A stretch of 64,000 bases of DNA, taken from Macrostomum lignano. Taxonomy: Eukaryota. Below are positions 1-13,124 of this stretch, in pieces. Numbering within the stretch: the first letter of the stretch is position 1; every line of letters starts with the position of its first letter. The position numbers were made by a program, and so were the translations under genes. The stretch spans positions 124,001 to 188,000 of the forward strand of contig NIVC01000516.1 in NCBI GenBank assembly GCA_002269645.1, in the 5' to 3' direction. The notes below the pieces were generated by a model. It did no database searches, was not told the origin of the DNA, and saw only the letters and a program-made list of their open reading frames with translations.

Positions 1-1172
1 AGCCCCTTGGTGCTGGCGCCCCTTGGTGCTGGCGCCCCTTGGTGCTGGCGCCCCTTGGTGCTGGCGCCCCTTGGTGCTGGCGCCCCTTGGTGCTGGCGCC
101 CCTTGGTGCTGGCGCCCCTTGGTGCTGGCGCCCCTTGGTGCTGGCGCCCCTTGGTGCTGGCGCCCCTTGGTGCTGGCGCCCCTTGGTGCTGGCGCCCCTT
201 GGTGCTGGCGCCCCTTGGTGCTGGCGCCCCTTGGTGCTGGCGCCCCTTGGTGCTGGCGCCCCTTGGTGCTAAAGCCCCTTGGTGCTGGCGCCCCTTGGTG
301 CTAAAGCCCCTTGGTGCTGGCGCCCCTTGGTGCTAAAGCCCCTTGGTGCTAAAGCCCCTTGGTGCTGGCGCCCCTTGGTGCTAAAGCCCCTTGGTGCTAA
401 AGCCCCTTGGTGCTAAAGCCCCTTGGTGCTAAAGCCCCTTGGTGCTAAAGCCCCTTGGTGCTAAAGCCCCTTGGTGCTAAAGCCCCTTGGTGCTAAAGCC
501 CCTTGGTGCTAAAGCCCCTTGGTGCTGGCGCCCCTTGGTGCTGGCGCCCCTTGGTGCTAAAGCCCCTTGGTGCTAAAGCCCCTTGGTGCTAAAGCCCCTT
601 GGTGCTAAAGCCCCTTGGTGCTAAAGCCCCTTGGTGCTAAAGCCCCTTGGTGCTAAAGCCCCTTGGTGCTAAAGCCCCTTGGTGCTAAAGCCCCTTGGTG
701 CTAAAGCCCCTTGGTGCTAAAGCCCCTTGGTGCTAAAGCCCCTTGGTGCTAAAGCCCCTTGGTGCTAAAGCCCCTTGGTGCTAAAGCCCCTTGGTGCTAA
801 AGCCCCTTGGTGCTAAAGCCCCTTGGTGCTAAAGCCCCTTGGTGCTAAAGCCCCTTGGTGCTAAAGCCCCTTGGTGCTAAAGCCCCTTGGTGCTAAAGCC
901 CCTTGGTGCTAAAGCCCCTTGGTGCTAAAGCCCCTTGGTGCTAAAGCCCCTTGGTGCTAAAGCCCCTTGGTGCTAAAGCCCCTTGGTGCTAAAGCCCCTT
1001 GGTGCTAAAGCCCCTTGGTGCTAAAGCCCCTTGGTGCTAAAGCCCCTTGGTGCTAAAGCCCCTTGGTGCTAAAGCCCCTTGGTGCTAAAGCCCCTTGGTG
1101 CTAAAGCCCCTTGGTGCTAAAGCCCCTTGGTGCTAAAGCCCCTTGGTGCTAAAGCCCCTTGGTGCTGGCGCC
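1..1172. repeat. 16-bp minisatellite CCCCTTGGTGCT(GGCG/AAAG), ~73 units, cut by window start
   Basis: Direct periodicity. GGCG variants dominate the left, AAAG variants the right. ORFs 7..336 etc. are repeat artefacts. Confidence 0.98.
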
Positions 1173-2138
1173 GGCTAAAAATCCTGGGTCATAACCGAGT
1201 CTAGTTTTAAAGTTTCTCTTTCAAGTTTTCAGAGTCTCAATCAAGAAAAACATACAGACATAAAATGTTCATTCCTTGACAGTAAAACTTATTGTTTCCC
1301 CAAAGAAGGAGCCTGTCGAGTAATGATTTTTTTATTCGCATCAGAAAATGCGACAAATGAGGAATAGTTCACTGTTCCAGATCCTGCTTCCAGGGTCTCC
1401 CTGGATGAGTCGAATAACCGCTGTTCCCGCCTAACACACACACACACTAGCTTGGCCAGCGCCTTGGGGATTCGACCTCTGGACTGCATGGAAGCAATTC
1501 AATGTAGCGAGGTGGAGAATTGGACATTTTCATTTTCTCCCTTCACAGTCAGTATCCAATCCCCTTTTTCTTCCTATAGATTTTTATTATCCCCCGAGTC
1601 GTGAAATTCGCTGTTCAGGAAGCCATAATTAGCATGTTACACGAGTTGTTCCTTTAATGTTCGCCGAAAGTCATTATTTTCTCAGCCCCTCACCGTCTAA
1701 TGGTCCAACTCATACCATACTGAAAGGTACTTAGCGGCCAGCTCGGCTTGGCCCAGGGTTAGTTTTATTTTCCTTGCATAATTAATGATTAACAGACTCT
1801 GTTGGCCAGTGTCTGGCCTGAGTGTGTGTGGGCACTGGGATCGGTGATAAGACTTAACTCAACCACGAGCTGTCGCAAATGCTGAGCCACTCTGTTCTGT
1901 CTTTTTTAATCTCTCAATTGACCGCACATTGCTGTTCGCTTCTTTACAGCAATGCACTGCCCCCTGTCTGCGCCTCTGCTGTCGTCGCTTATCTCCGGGC
2001 CTGCTTGCCTGTTCTGGGCTGGATAGAGGGCGGTGGGGTGCATGCAGATATGTAGTGCTTAATAGTGACAGATAGTTCACTTGGTAACTCATGAACTCAA
2101 TTGACGAAAGCAGCTCACTCTTGAGCTCATTGACTCGG

Positions 2139-2500
2139 TGATTAACTCCTGAAATCACTCCTGAACTCCTGAAATCACTTCTTAACTCATGAAATCACTC
2201 CTGAACTCCTGAAATCACTCCTGAACTCCTGAAATCACTCCTGAACTTCTGAAATCACTCCTAAACTCCTGAAATCACTCCTAAACTCCTGAAATCACTC
2301 CTAAACTCCTGAAATCACTCCTGAACTCCTGAAATCACTCCTAAACTCCTGAAATCACTCCTAAACTCCTGAAATCACTCATAAACTCCTGAAATCACTC
2401 CTGAACTCCTGAAATCACTCCTAAACTCCTGAAATCACTCATAAACTCCTGAAATCACTCCTAAACTCATGAACTCACTCATAAACTCACACGTAAACTC
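2139..2500. repeat. 20-bp minisatellite CT(G/A)AACTCCTGAAATCACTC
   Basis: Direct periodicity, degenerating at the right end. Confidence 0.95.
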
Positions 2501-3120
2501 ACTCATGAACTCACTCCTGAAGTCACTCGAGAACTCGCTCATAAACGCATTCGTGATCTCAGGGACAAAGCTCATGAACTCATTGACTAGATAATTTGTC
2601 AGTAGTCACTAGTTAGTCTTCCATGTAAAAGAATAGAAGCTGTTTACCAAGTTACCAAATAAATTAGATAAACAAAGCTAATGACCTGTCAGTTGATTAC
2701 ATTTCAGAGGGCCAAGTTCTAAACTTCAGTTTTATATTAGCAAATAGCCAGTCACATCAGGCTGTCAGATCTAATTAAAAATCTTTTTGAAGTTCACCGC
2801 CAAATTTACAGAATTTCTGTTTCATTTCGCTGCAAACCCCAACACATTCATTCGAGTTTGTGTACAGTGCAAGGCAGTCAGTGTTGTAGCGTTCCCGTTA
2901 TTGGTGACCAAATGTCAATGCAGTATCGAAATCAAAATATTTTATACTAAAACAACTTCCTTTGCACATAGATGGCAAGGCATCTTTGTTTTAAAAAAAC
3001 ATGTAGCGATTATTCCCTTCATAATCATAACACCTCGAATTCTTTCTGCAAGCTTTTCGAACATTCTATATTGTGTTTACAAATATTAGAATTAGACTTA
3101 GAGATCTTGTTCATACTCGT

Positions 3121-3830
3121 AATCTATCTACCTACTTTTCTACAATCTATCTACCTACTTCTCTACAATCTATCTACCTACTTTTCTACAATCTATCTAC
3201 CTACTTTTCTACAATCTATCTACCTACTTTTCTACAATCTATCTACCTACTTCTCTACAATCTATCTACCTACTTTTCTACAATCTATCTACCTACTTTT
3301 CTACAATCTATCTACCTACTTCTCTACAATCTATCTACCTACTTTTCTACAATCTATCTACCTACTTTTCTACAATCTATCTACCTACTTTTCTACAATC
3401 TATCTACCTACTTCTCTACAATCTATCTACCTACTTTTCTACAATCTATCTACCTACTTTTCTACAATCTATCTACCTACTTTTCTACAATCTATCTACC
3501 TACTTTTCTACAATCTATCTACCTACTTTTCTACAATCTATCTACCTACTTTTCTACAATCTAACTACCTACTTTTCTACAATCTATCTACCTACTTTTC
3601 TACAATCTATCTACCTACTTTTCTACAATCTAACTACCTACTTTTCTACAATCTATCTACCTACTTTTCTACAATCTAACTACCTACTTTTCTACAATCT
3701 ATCTACCTACTTTTCTACAATCCATCTACCTACTTATCTACAATCTATCTAACTACTTCTCTTCAATCTATCTACCTACTTCTCTACAATCTAACCAATC
3801 TACCTACTTATCTAAAATCTATCTACCTAC
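3121..3830. repeat. 23-bp minisatellite CTACAATCTATCTACCTACTTTT
   Basis: Direct periodicity; explains ORFs 2972..3679 and 3073..3564. Confidence 0.97.
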
Positions 3831-4046
3831 TCCCCCCAATCCTATGCAAGTGCAGTAGCAAATTCAAGCTGCAACAGTCAACACACTGATGCTTCACAGC
3901 ATTAGTTTATCAATCTACTATTACACTTGGCGTTGCATAAACAACAGTTTCGATACAAGTTAACACAGCCCCCTCTAAAACCCCTTAGCTCGTATCCGCT
4001 GTGTTTGTTTGCTCTTTTACACCGTTTTATCGGCGCCTTTTTCGGC

Positions 4047-4502
4047 ATGGCGGCGACTGAACTTCAACAAATCGGTCTGGCTGGATTGTTGTTTTCGTAA
4101 GTAAATGCTTTTCTTTCCTAAAAAAGAGTCTTAAAAACGGGTTTTACTCTCGCACTAAGTCGACCCCTGTTTTTCCTTTACTTGACTGGCCAATAGGACT
4201 GGCTGGCTGGCTCTGCTTGGTCTTGAGTGATTCTATAGGCTACTGGGCTGGGGGATTGGTGGCTGAGGAGGGGGTGGGTGTTTGGGGGGGGGGGTTGATG
4301 CTTTTAAAATCAGCTTCAAGACCCCCAACTCCACAGACCGCTATAGATAAAAGTCAAGAGAGACCGGAACAAGCACTGGGGCTTTAGTTGGCAGGTTGTT
4401 GTCCTCTCAGTGTTTTCGTATTAATCAATTGAGCGAAACAAACAATGTTGACGTCAGTGACCAGTTAAAGCCGAGTAATTAACAGACAAACAGCTTGTTT
4501 TG
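4047..4502 (+). other. Candidate upstream exons (..4096 and 4411..4502), possibly 5'UTR of the LRR-Ig gene
   Basis: GTAAGT donors at 4097 and 4503, acceptor GTCCTCTCAG ending 4410, TGACGTCA at 4449. The LRR coding exon has its own acceptor ending 8035, so an upstream exon or leader is implied. Confidence 0.3.
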
Positions 4503-5386
4503 GTAAGTTATTATTGAAATGTGGATATAATATATTTATTTATCTTATTTTCTTGGAAAGTCTGTGGAATAGAAAAATGTGCTTGAAATTTTCTGCTACA
4601 CGTGTCAGTCAAATGCGGGTTTTTTCGATTGATTCCTATTATAAAAAGTCAATATTTCTTGCTACTGATTGAGTTCCCAAATCTTTAAGAAGGGGGCTCT
4701 TCAACTAATCCAGAGTCGCTAAGTCCTAAGTCCTATTCAATAAACTCTCTTCAGAGAAGGGGAGTAAGGAAATCTAAAAAAATATACTTTTAGAAGTCTT
4801 CTCAGTCAAACGTGTCAATCATTCGCCACTTCATTCGCCTCAGATTCCAATTACTGAGAGTCAAATGTTTAAATATTGGTATACTTAGAAGGCTTAAATG
4901 TGACTTAAAAGTTACAAGTTAGCCGTTTCTATTCTCTATACGTAAAATGACATGGTGCCTGTATCTGTCTGTCTAGCTTTCAAAAAGCATTTCCATAGTG
5001 CACATCATAATTTATTGTAAGGCCCACCCACCAAGCAGAACTAAGGGATAATATAAAACATATGCTAGGTATGGATCGAGCCGTTCTGAAAGCGCTGCAG
5101 GGGTTATAAAATCTCAATCTGCACAACATGAGGAAACTGGGAAACGATGGAGACTGTAAAGGGGGAGTTGAATTGAATATCGGGAAGCAATAAAAAGCAC
5201 GGATACTATTAGACTCGAAGCGAGGCCCACAGCTCGTAAATTGAAAGATAGCTGCTTGGCGGAGAGAGAATGTTGCGTTTGACTTTGAAGCTGTTGCAAC
5301 CATTCGATTTCGATTATTAACCTACATTGACGCAAGGCTAACACTGACAAGTTAGAAAGATTCTGTTTTTATCTAGCATAGTGATA

Positions 5387-5940
5387 TAGGGCGATTCTTT
5401 TGGGGTGAATCTCTATAGGGCGATTCTTTTGGGGCGATTCTCAAGAGCGATTCTATAGGGGCGATTCTTTAGAGCGATTCTCTATGGGCGATTCTTTTAG
5501 GGCTAATCTCTAGGGGCGATTCTTTTAGGGCTAATCTCTAGGGGCGATTCTTTTGGGGCTAATCTCTAGGGGCGATTCTTTTGGGGCTGATCTCTAGGGG
5601 CGATTCTTTTGGGGCTAATCTCTAGGGGCGATTCTTTTGGGGCTGATCTCTAGGGGCGATTCTCTAGGAGCAATTCTCTAGAGCGATTCTTTAGAGCGAT
5701 TCTCTATTAGCGATTCTCTTGGGGCGATGATTCTTTTGAGGCGATTCTCTAGAGCGATTCTATAGGAACAATTCTCTAGGGCAATTCTCTAGGGGCGATT
5801 CTCTCGAGGCGATTCTCTAGAACGATTCTCTAGGGCGATTCTTTAAAGGCGATTCTTTTGGGGCGTATCTCTAGGGGCCAATATCTTTGAGTAGATCTCT
5901 AAGCGCGATTCTTTAGTTCGATTTTCTAGGGCGATTCTGT
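5387..5940. repeat. Degenerate minisatellite with GGGCGATTCT core
   Basis: Repeated GGGCGATTCT(TTT/CTA) units of variable length. Confidence 0.93.
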
Positions 5941-6436
5941 AAGTCTAGGGTGATTCTCTTGGAACGATTCTCTAATCTCGAACGAAGACAGAGCAGCTAC
6001 TCCGGAAGTCCAGAGACTTTGGGCTGGGCTTGTGTTCCATATTCAACTTGCCAATTGGTCATTTCCGCTGGGCAATTCGGGTATTGCACCTTGAGCTCAA
6101 CTACTTTTCTATTCAATTTTCTCACCAGCAGAGAGAGCCACAGAAACTAAAGGTCTATCCAGTTTAATATAATACTCGTATTAGCATTTTTAGGAACCCT
6201 GACTTCCCGTTGAGAGAAACTTAAAACACTACAGCATACAAGAATAGAAGAGAATTGGTGTTGCTACCCAAGTACCGGAATTTAATTTCGACTTCAAATG
6301 AAAGGGCCGCGGCTTAAGGTGACTTTGTTGGTGATTGCGCTGTGTTTGCGTGCATAATTAATTTGATTATGCAGAGTTAAAAGTACAACTTGTACCCAAA
6401 ATCCTGTAGAAACTTATTTTATTTATTGCATTAGTG

Positions 6437-6652
<216 letters not shown>

Positions 6653-7612
6653 CTAGCAAGGCTTCTGAGTCCATCCGGCAGCCGGAGAATCCCCAGCACT
6701 GCTCATGCCAGGCGAATTTCTCCTATTCAAAGCTGGCTCGGCATTAGCAAATGAGGCCGAGACCGAGGGGGGGGGGGCTATATAAAGGGAGTTCACCTTG
6801 GGGCCGAAATCCTACGCTATTCGAATCCACACGATAGTCGCGCCGTAAAATTCCCGTTCTATTTCTCATCCCCATATAGTTCCCATCTGCGCCCCGCCCC
6901 ACCCCCCACCCGCGCATCCCCACAGAAGAAAATCCCAAACAGATCCCATGCATGCCACGGCGGATCACCGTGAAATCCCAATTTTCATCGCCAAGCGGAC
7001 AGATAAGGCGGCCGAGCATCTGGTTTGGCTATATGGGATCAGATCCCCTTACCTATAGCTACAGATCCTACTTTTCTCCCCCATTTTTCGGCTTTGCTTG
7101 ACCCTGCCCCAAGTATACAATTTGAACTCAGCTGGTTTGTGCAGGGCTCTGATGGCTTTTAGATACAGACTGTGCATTTTTACACTATCGAAGTCGGAAC
7201 CGAGCTCCCAAACACGCAAACGCTGTCCCCCAATGTCGTAAATTTTGATAATAAATTTTCTATTTTACGACCCCCGCTGCACTGCCACTACACTGAGAGG
7301 ACCTGTTTTCCTGTGTTGTGTTTCATAATCATATTGAGGATTAGAGTGGCTGGATTTTACATTTATATATATGGATATTAGGAGTCAGCTAGCAGCTTAA
7401 ATTCTGAATTGCTCCACTTGATATTGATAAGAGCATTATGTGTGGCTTGTTTGCAACGAATCAAAACGAATCAGTGTTTGTTAGGGAGACTGCATAAGTA
7501 TTTTAAAAGCATTTTTTCTGCCTGTAAGAGAGGATATTTTATCCTGTTATTCGGTTTTTCTGTTTTCAGGATTCCCGAATTTTTCAGCAGAAAAAAAGAA
7601 TTTTTTTGGAGC

Positions 7613-7970
7613 CCCATAAGCGCTAACTAGCAATCCGATAAAGCACCCGACGGAGCTCCATAAGCGCTATCTAGCAATCCACTAAGCACCCAATGGAGCC
7701 CCCTAAGCGCTAACTGGCAATCCGCTAAGCACTCGACGGAGCCCCCGAAGCGCTAACTGGCAATCCGCTAAGCACTCGACGGAGCCCCCGAAGCGCTAAC
7801 TGGCAATCCGCTAAGCACTCGACGGAGCCCCCGAAGCGCTAACTGGAAATCCGCTAAGCACTCGACGGAGCCCCCTAAGCGCTAACTGGCAATCCGCTAA
7901 GCACCCAATGGAGGCCCCTAAGCGCTAACTGGCACCATGTGCTTACAATGGCACCCACTAAGCGCCCACA
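7613..7970. repeat. 43-bp minisatellite GAGCCCCCGAAGCGCTAACTGGCAATCCGCTAAGCACTCGACG
   Basis: Unit starts at 7741 and 7784; ~8 copies ending just upstream of the 8035 acceptor. Confidence 0.95.
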
Positions 7971-8055
7971 AAGAATCCTATGCAATCAGAATTGGATTGA
8001 CTGTAATGCACATCCAACCATTTAATCCTACACAGGATTCAACTCGCTCTCAGCC

Positions 8056-10212
8056 ATGTCCATCAGTTCCCTGTTCGCCCTACTGTTATGCGCCTCGCTT
8101 CTGCCATCGCCAAGCGTCCAGCTGACCAACTGCGGCTACTGCATCTGCGATTGGCCCAGCATTACCTGCGACTTCCACAAGGTGAAAGACCAACTCCACG
8201 GCAGCAAGAACCTGGCCGAATTTGCGCCAAACAGTGGAATCCTCAGGGAATTGGATGTCGATCCGCTGGCTTACCGAGAGCTGTACATTAATTGTAGGAA
8301 TTCTCCGAAAATTAACAATCGGCGATTAACTCGCAGCCTTCTTAAAGGCTACGCGAATCTGACTCGGGTGGGGTTGGTCAACTGCGGCCTTATCGGCATC
8401 GAGCCGGACGCTCTAGCCGACCTGGCGCACATTCGCGAACTCGACCTTAGCAACAACACGCTGGAACGCCTGCCTGCGGCGCTTTTTCGCCACCGGGAAA
8501 TGGCGGTGCTCACGCTTAGCGAGAATCCTCGACTAACGTTGACTGCAGAGACGTTTCTCAATTTCTCATTGGAACGTCTGGTGTTGTCGAAGTGCGGCCT
8601 GCAGGAGTTTCCCTGGGACAGCTTGCAGGTTATTCGAAACCTGCACGAGCTGACGCTGTCGCAGAATTCTATCCAGGTGGTGCCGAGCGAAGCTATTCAG
8701 CTGGTGCGGCGTCTCCGGGTGTTCTACTTGGACGAGAATCCTTTGTCGTGCTTCTGCACTAATAAATGGATCAGCGAGAGCATCGATTGGAACAGAGTAT
8801 CGCCACAAATCATTAAGGCAAGTCTATATTTTTCAGCAAGAGGCTCACACACTGTAACAGTGCCTGGTTGGCTGCTATTTTTAGCATCAAGTGCCCGATA
8901 CACTGTACAATGTGCTATTGGATGCTATTTTTAGCATCAAGTGCCCGATACACTGTACAATGTGCTATTGGCTGCTATTTTTAGCATCAAATAGCTCACG
9001 AACTGTACAGTAATTGATTGGCTAAAATTTATTGCCTTTTTTAGGCACTAACACCCTGTTTTTACAGTCCAAATTAATTGGCGGTATAATTGGCGCTTAT
9101 AACAATAACAAATAACTGAGAAAAAAATTCAAACCCAATTTTTCTAAAACTTACAGTCGAGCAAGCTACCAAAGTGCGGCAGCCCTCCAACTCTGCACGA
9201 CGTCGAGCTAACTCGCCTATCGCCCAGCGACTTTCCCTGTCAGGCGCCGGAGATTCGCTCAGTCGACATCCGCCTGGAGCCGGACTCTGCTCAGCTGATC
9301 TGCTCAGCGTCCACTCACCAGTCTGGGCCGCTGGTTTGGACCTACCGTCACCTGGCAATCTACCCAGAGCTGCCCAACGCTTATCCAAGTCGCACCTATC
9401 AGAGCAGCGGCGCCACCTTCCGTCAGTCTGTTCATCGAACGCCGGGCTACGAGCGCGAGAAGTACACCCTGACAGCGCGTAGCGAAGACGGCCAGTTGAC
9501 CAATTTCTCTCTGACGCTGCACTGGCCGCCGGCTGTCGAGTCCGAGGGCGCCGCCTCGGAATCAAAGACTGGGTCAGGAGGCACCGATGATTCGGATTCC
9601 TCGTCGACGTCGACCGGGCCGAAACTGCCGACGGAGCCACAGAAACCGATAAGCGGTGACGGTGGCGTCGGCGGCGATTATTTCTCCCGAAAGCAGTTCA
9701 CCCTGATCGAGATGATAATCGCAGTGGTTGGCACCTTCATGGCTACCAGCTTGGTCTTCCTGCTGGCTTGCCAGGCGATCCAGTGGTACAACAAGCGCGA
9801 CAAAAAGCGCTGGGCCGCTGGCTACGCCGGGCCGCCCTATTCATACAGCTACAACTCGCACAGGCCGCCGTCACACGAGTACGACGTGCCCCGAATCGAC
9901 CAGCCCTGCCTGCTGCCGAAACAGCCGCAGCAGCCGCCGCCGCCGACTCAGCCACCGCCTCCGCCGCCTCAGCACACGCTGCCAATGCCGCCGCATAATA
10001 TGCCGACAGGCGCCGGCGTGTCGCTGTCTTCAACATCTTCGGGTTCGGGCGCGAGCGCCGCAGTGCAGACTTTGCTGTCCAAACACCAACAGCATCACAA
10101 GCAACAGCAGCAGCAACACCTGCCAATAACAACGTCTTCATCATCGAATGGAATGGGCGAGACCGAGTTCCTGGACTATACCGGTCACCGGATTGTCTTC
10201 AACCACACCTAA
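8056..10212 (+). CDS. Single-pass LRR-Ig transmembrane receptor (LIG/kekkon-like architecture), join(8056..8817,9157..10212), 605 aa
   Basis: Signal peptide MSISSLFALLLCASLLPSPS; LRRNT (CGYCICDW); LRRs (LRELDLSNNTL-type, LHELTLSQNSIQ); LRRCT split by the intron (NPLSCFC..W / KCGSPPTL..L..LSPSDFPC); Ig-like domain (LICSA..LVW..KYTLTA); TM (MIIAVVGTFMATSLVFLLACQAI); Pro/Gln-rich tail. Phase-0 splice AAG|GCAAGT..TTACAG|TCG puts exon 2 in frame with ORF 9496..10212. Confidence 0.88.
8873..8990. repeat. 50-bp tandem duplication (~2.4 copies) in the LRR-Ig intron
   Basis: TGCTATTTTTAGCATCAAGTGCCCGATACACTGTACAATG.. starting at 8873, 8923 and (partial) 8973. Confidence 0.93.
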
Positions 10213-10639
10213 ACTTGCGTTGAAACTGAAAAAAGCTCTGTGTACAGTGTTACTTGATCCGGCGTCTTTAGAATGCATTTAAAATAGCGAAGCTGATCGA
10301 GATTTCGAGTCCACGTGAGACTATTGATTACGACTTTGAAAATAATTCAATTGATAAATAACGGTCTGGGTATGTCACTGATCTCTCTTGTCAGTAAATT
10401 TTGACTCTGCGCTAAGAGATTGATTATGGTACAGCGTACAGTGTACAGCAAAATATTTTAGTAGCATAGAGTAAATTGCGAAACTTTAAATCTTGCCTTT
10501 TCCATTCACTTTGTCTGCTTGCACTTTTTTTGCTAACTATTAGGTTTCGATTTTGTTTATTTGTTTATTTGTGCTCATTTTCTTAGCGTAGTACAACTAC
10601 GGTTTTAGTATCCTGCTAACACTCAGCTCTTCAATAGCT

Positions 10640-11216
10640 ATAAATTTTAGTATATTGGACTAGCACCCGGCCCTCAATAGGTGTGCAGTATAAGACTATG
10701 AGGGTTTTCGTATATTGGACTAGCACCCAGCTCTCAATAGGTGTGCAGTATAAGAATATAATGGTTTTAGCACATTGGACTAGCACCCGGCCCTCAATAA
10801 GTGTGCAGTATAAGAATATAATGGTTTTAGCACATTGGACTAGCACCCGGCCCTCAATAGGTGTGCAGTATAAGACTGTGAGGGTTTTAGTATATTGGAC
10901 TAGCACCCGGCCCTCAATAGGTGTGCAGTATAAGAATATAATGGTTTTAGCACATTGGACTAGCACCCGGCCCTCAATAAGTGTGCAGTATAAGAATATA
11001 ATGGTTTTAGCACATTGGACTAGCACCCGGCCCTCAATAGGTGTGCAGTATAAGACTGTGAGGGTTTTAGCACATTGGACTAGCACCCGGCCCTCAATAG
11101 GTGTGCAGTATAAGACTGTGAGGGTTTTAGCACATTGGACTAGCACCCGGCCCTCAATAGGTGTGCAATATAAGAATATAATGGTTTTAGCACATTGGAC
11201 TAGCACCCGGCCCTCA
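10640..11216. repeat. 60-bp minisatellite, ~9.5 copies, two interspersed variants
   Basis: Units align in register with the 60-column lines; variants AATATAATGG and ACTGTGAGGG. Confidence 0.97.
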
Positions 11217-11784
11217 GTAGGTCCCGTGCGCATACACTGTTTGCGCCACTTGCATAGCATATCGATCTTGCTCCCTAGCACCGCAGCTCCCTTAAGTCGA
11301 TATAATTAACTATTTTTAGTTTTCCTTTTTCTTGTTTCCTCTCCACTTATTTCTTGAGAACAACAAGTCCGATAAGTGCGTGATCTCGCTTGGCTAAGTT
11401 GAGTTGCTTTGCCAGCTCCTTCGAGCAGCTTGAGCAGTGAGCTTGCCGGTGTATCTGGATGTCTATGCAATATACAAGTACTGCCAATATGCCATTGCTA
11501 TTGCCACAGTTATAAATTTAAAAATGCATTCACCTTAATTCTACGAGTACTCTATAGCTGTTTGAGCGTTTCACTGAGTGAATTATATATAATTTTTCTA
11601 TGCAATACATCTACTCATAAATATAAAGCTGATAAAGTGAAACTCTTGCATATGCAGAAATACGAGTATAGACTCTGATTCCATTTTTTCCGTGAAGAAT
11701 GGCTTCTCTGATTGCAAAACTGAGGTTTGGAGTCATCGCGGTCTTCATCAGCTATTTTTATACCGTGAGCGCATCCGTGATCCC

Positions 11785-12210
11785 CCTTCTTCCCCTCTAA
11801 TCTCACTGCATCACACTCTCCCAATCTCACTGCATCCCACTCTCTCCCTTAATCTCACTGTATCCCACTCTCTTCCCCTCTAATCTCACCGTATCCCACT
11901 CTCTTCCCCTCCAATCTCACTGTATCACACTCTCTTCCCCTCTAATCTCACTGTATCCCACTCTCTTCCCCTCCAATCTCACTGTATCACACTCTCTTCC
12001 CCTCCAATCTCACTGTATCCCACTCTCTTCCCCTCCAATCTCACTGTATCCCACTCTCTTCCCCTCCAATCTCACTGTATCACACTCTCTTCCCCTCCAA
12101 TCTCACTGTATCCCACTCTCTTCCCCTCTAATCTCACTGTATCCCACTCTTTTCCCTTCCAATCTCACTGTATCCCACTCTCTTCCCCTCCAATCTCACT
12201 GTATCCCGCT
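11785..12210. repeat. 31-bp minisatellite AATCTCACTGTATCCCACTCTCTTCCCCTCC
   Basis: Direct periodicity. Confidence 0.96.
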
Positions 12211-13124
12211 TTCTTCCCCAGTCGGTCAAAGCAACCCCCAGGCCCAGTTGAGTTTGTTTGTGACGAATCTCTAGTATCCATATCTTATTTCTATCCCTAT
12301 TCATAATCCATAGACGCAAAATGGCAAAGTTCATCCAAGAAGCGGCCAGGTGGTGCAAAAAAAATCACTTCCCTGCGCGTGTTTATCTAATCGCACTTGA
12401 AACAACAAGTCATGCGTAGTTTCTCTTCCTCGTATATTAATGAGACGCGGCCCGCCGTATACCCAGATAATTTGGCGTGATACCCAGCTATATGATTGAT
12501 CTGCACGGGATTACGATATTTTTATAACTATAAAGAGTATAAATAGCTGATCGTGATGGGGTTTAGACACTTAGATACCTATACGGGCTTTATAAACTGG
12601 GCAGGAAGAAGATCCCACATACTGTAAGTATTCATAAATAAACATTCCACTTGGCTTCAGTAGCGAAAAGGAATATACTCGTAGAAAATACCCATACCCT
12701 AGCCTAGGTCTATCAGACTCGATGCAAGCGGAAACTCCGAAACAGAGAGGAAAAGGTATGGAATCGCAGGCCAGTTATACACTACATACGTCTGTTTTGA
12801 ATTTCCGGCAGAAGAACAGAAGGCGAAGGTCGAGTCGAGTGGGATGAAGGGTTGGGAGCGGAGAGAGACTGCACCTGGACAGAGCGAGATCCTCAACAGC
12901 TGGTCGGCAGACCGAGCTGGAAGCTTCCTCTCTAGAAATTCGGTTTAGTAAGACGCAGCTGACGAGGCACCAGAGACACAGAGGAGGTTGACAATCTACC
13001 TGTGGGCCACATTCGGCCCGCAAAGCCTCTCCATCCGGTCCTTGGGTCCTTTGAAACTTCACAATAGCAATCCGGCCCGAACGAGGTTTGTCTCTTCTCA
13101 GTTACCTTCTCTCTAATCTCCATT

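Noticed and set aside
6779-6787. TATA-like TATATAAAG with nearby G/C tracts
   Set aside because: Isolated motif, 1.3 kb from the LRR start, with no supporting exon structure.
9694-9735. QFTLIEMIIAVV resembling a type IV prepilin N-methylation motif
   Set aside because: Lacks the required Gly, and is the internal start of the TM helix in a spliced eukaryotic receptor; coincidence.
10631-11309. 20-aa repeat ORFs open on both strands (60-bp unit)
   Set aside because: A multiple-of-3 period explains the openness; no unique coding flanks or recognisable motif.
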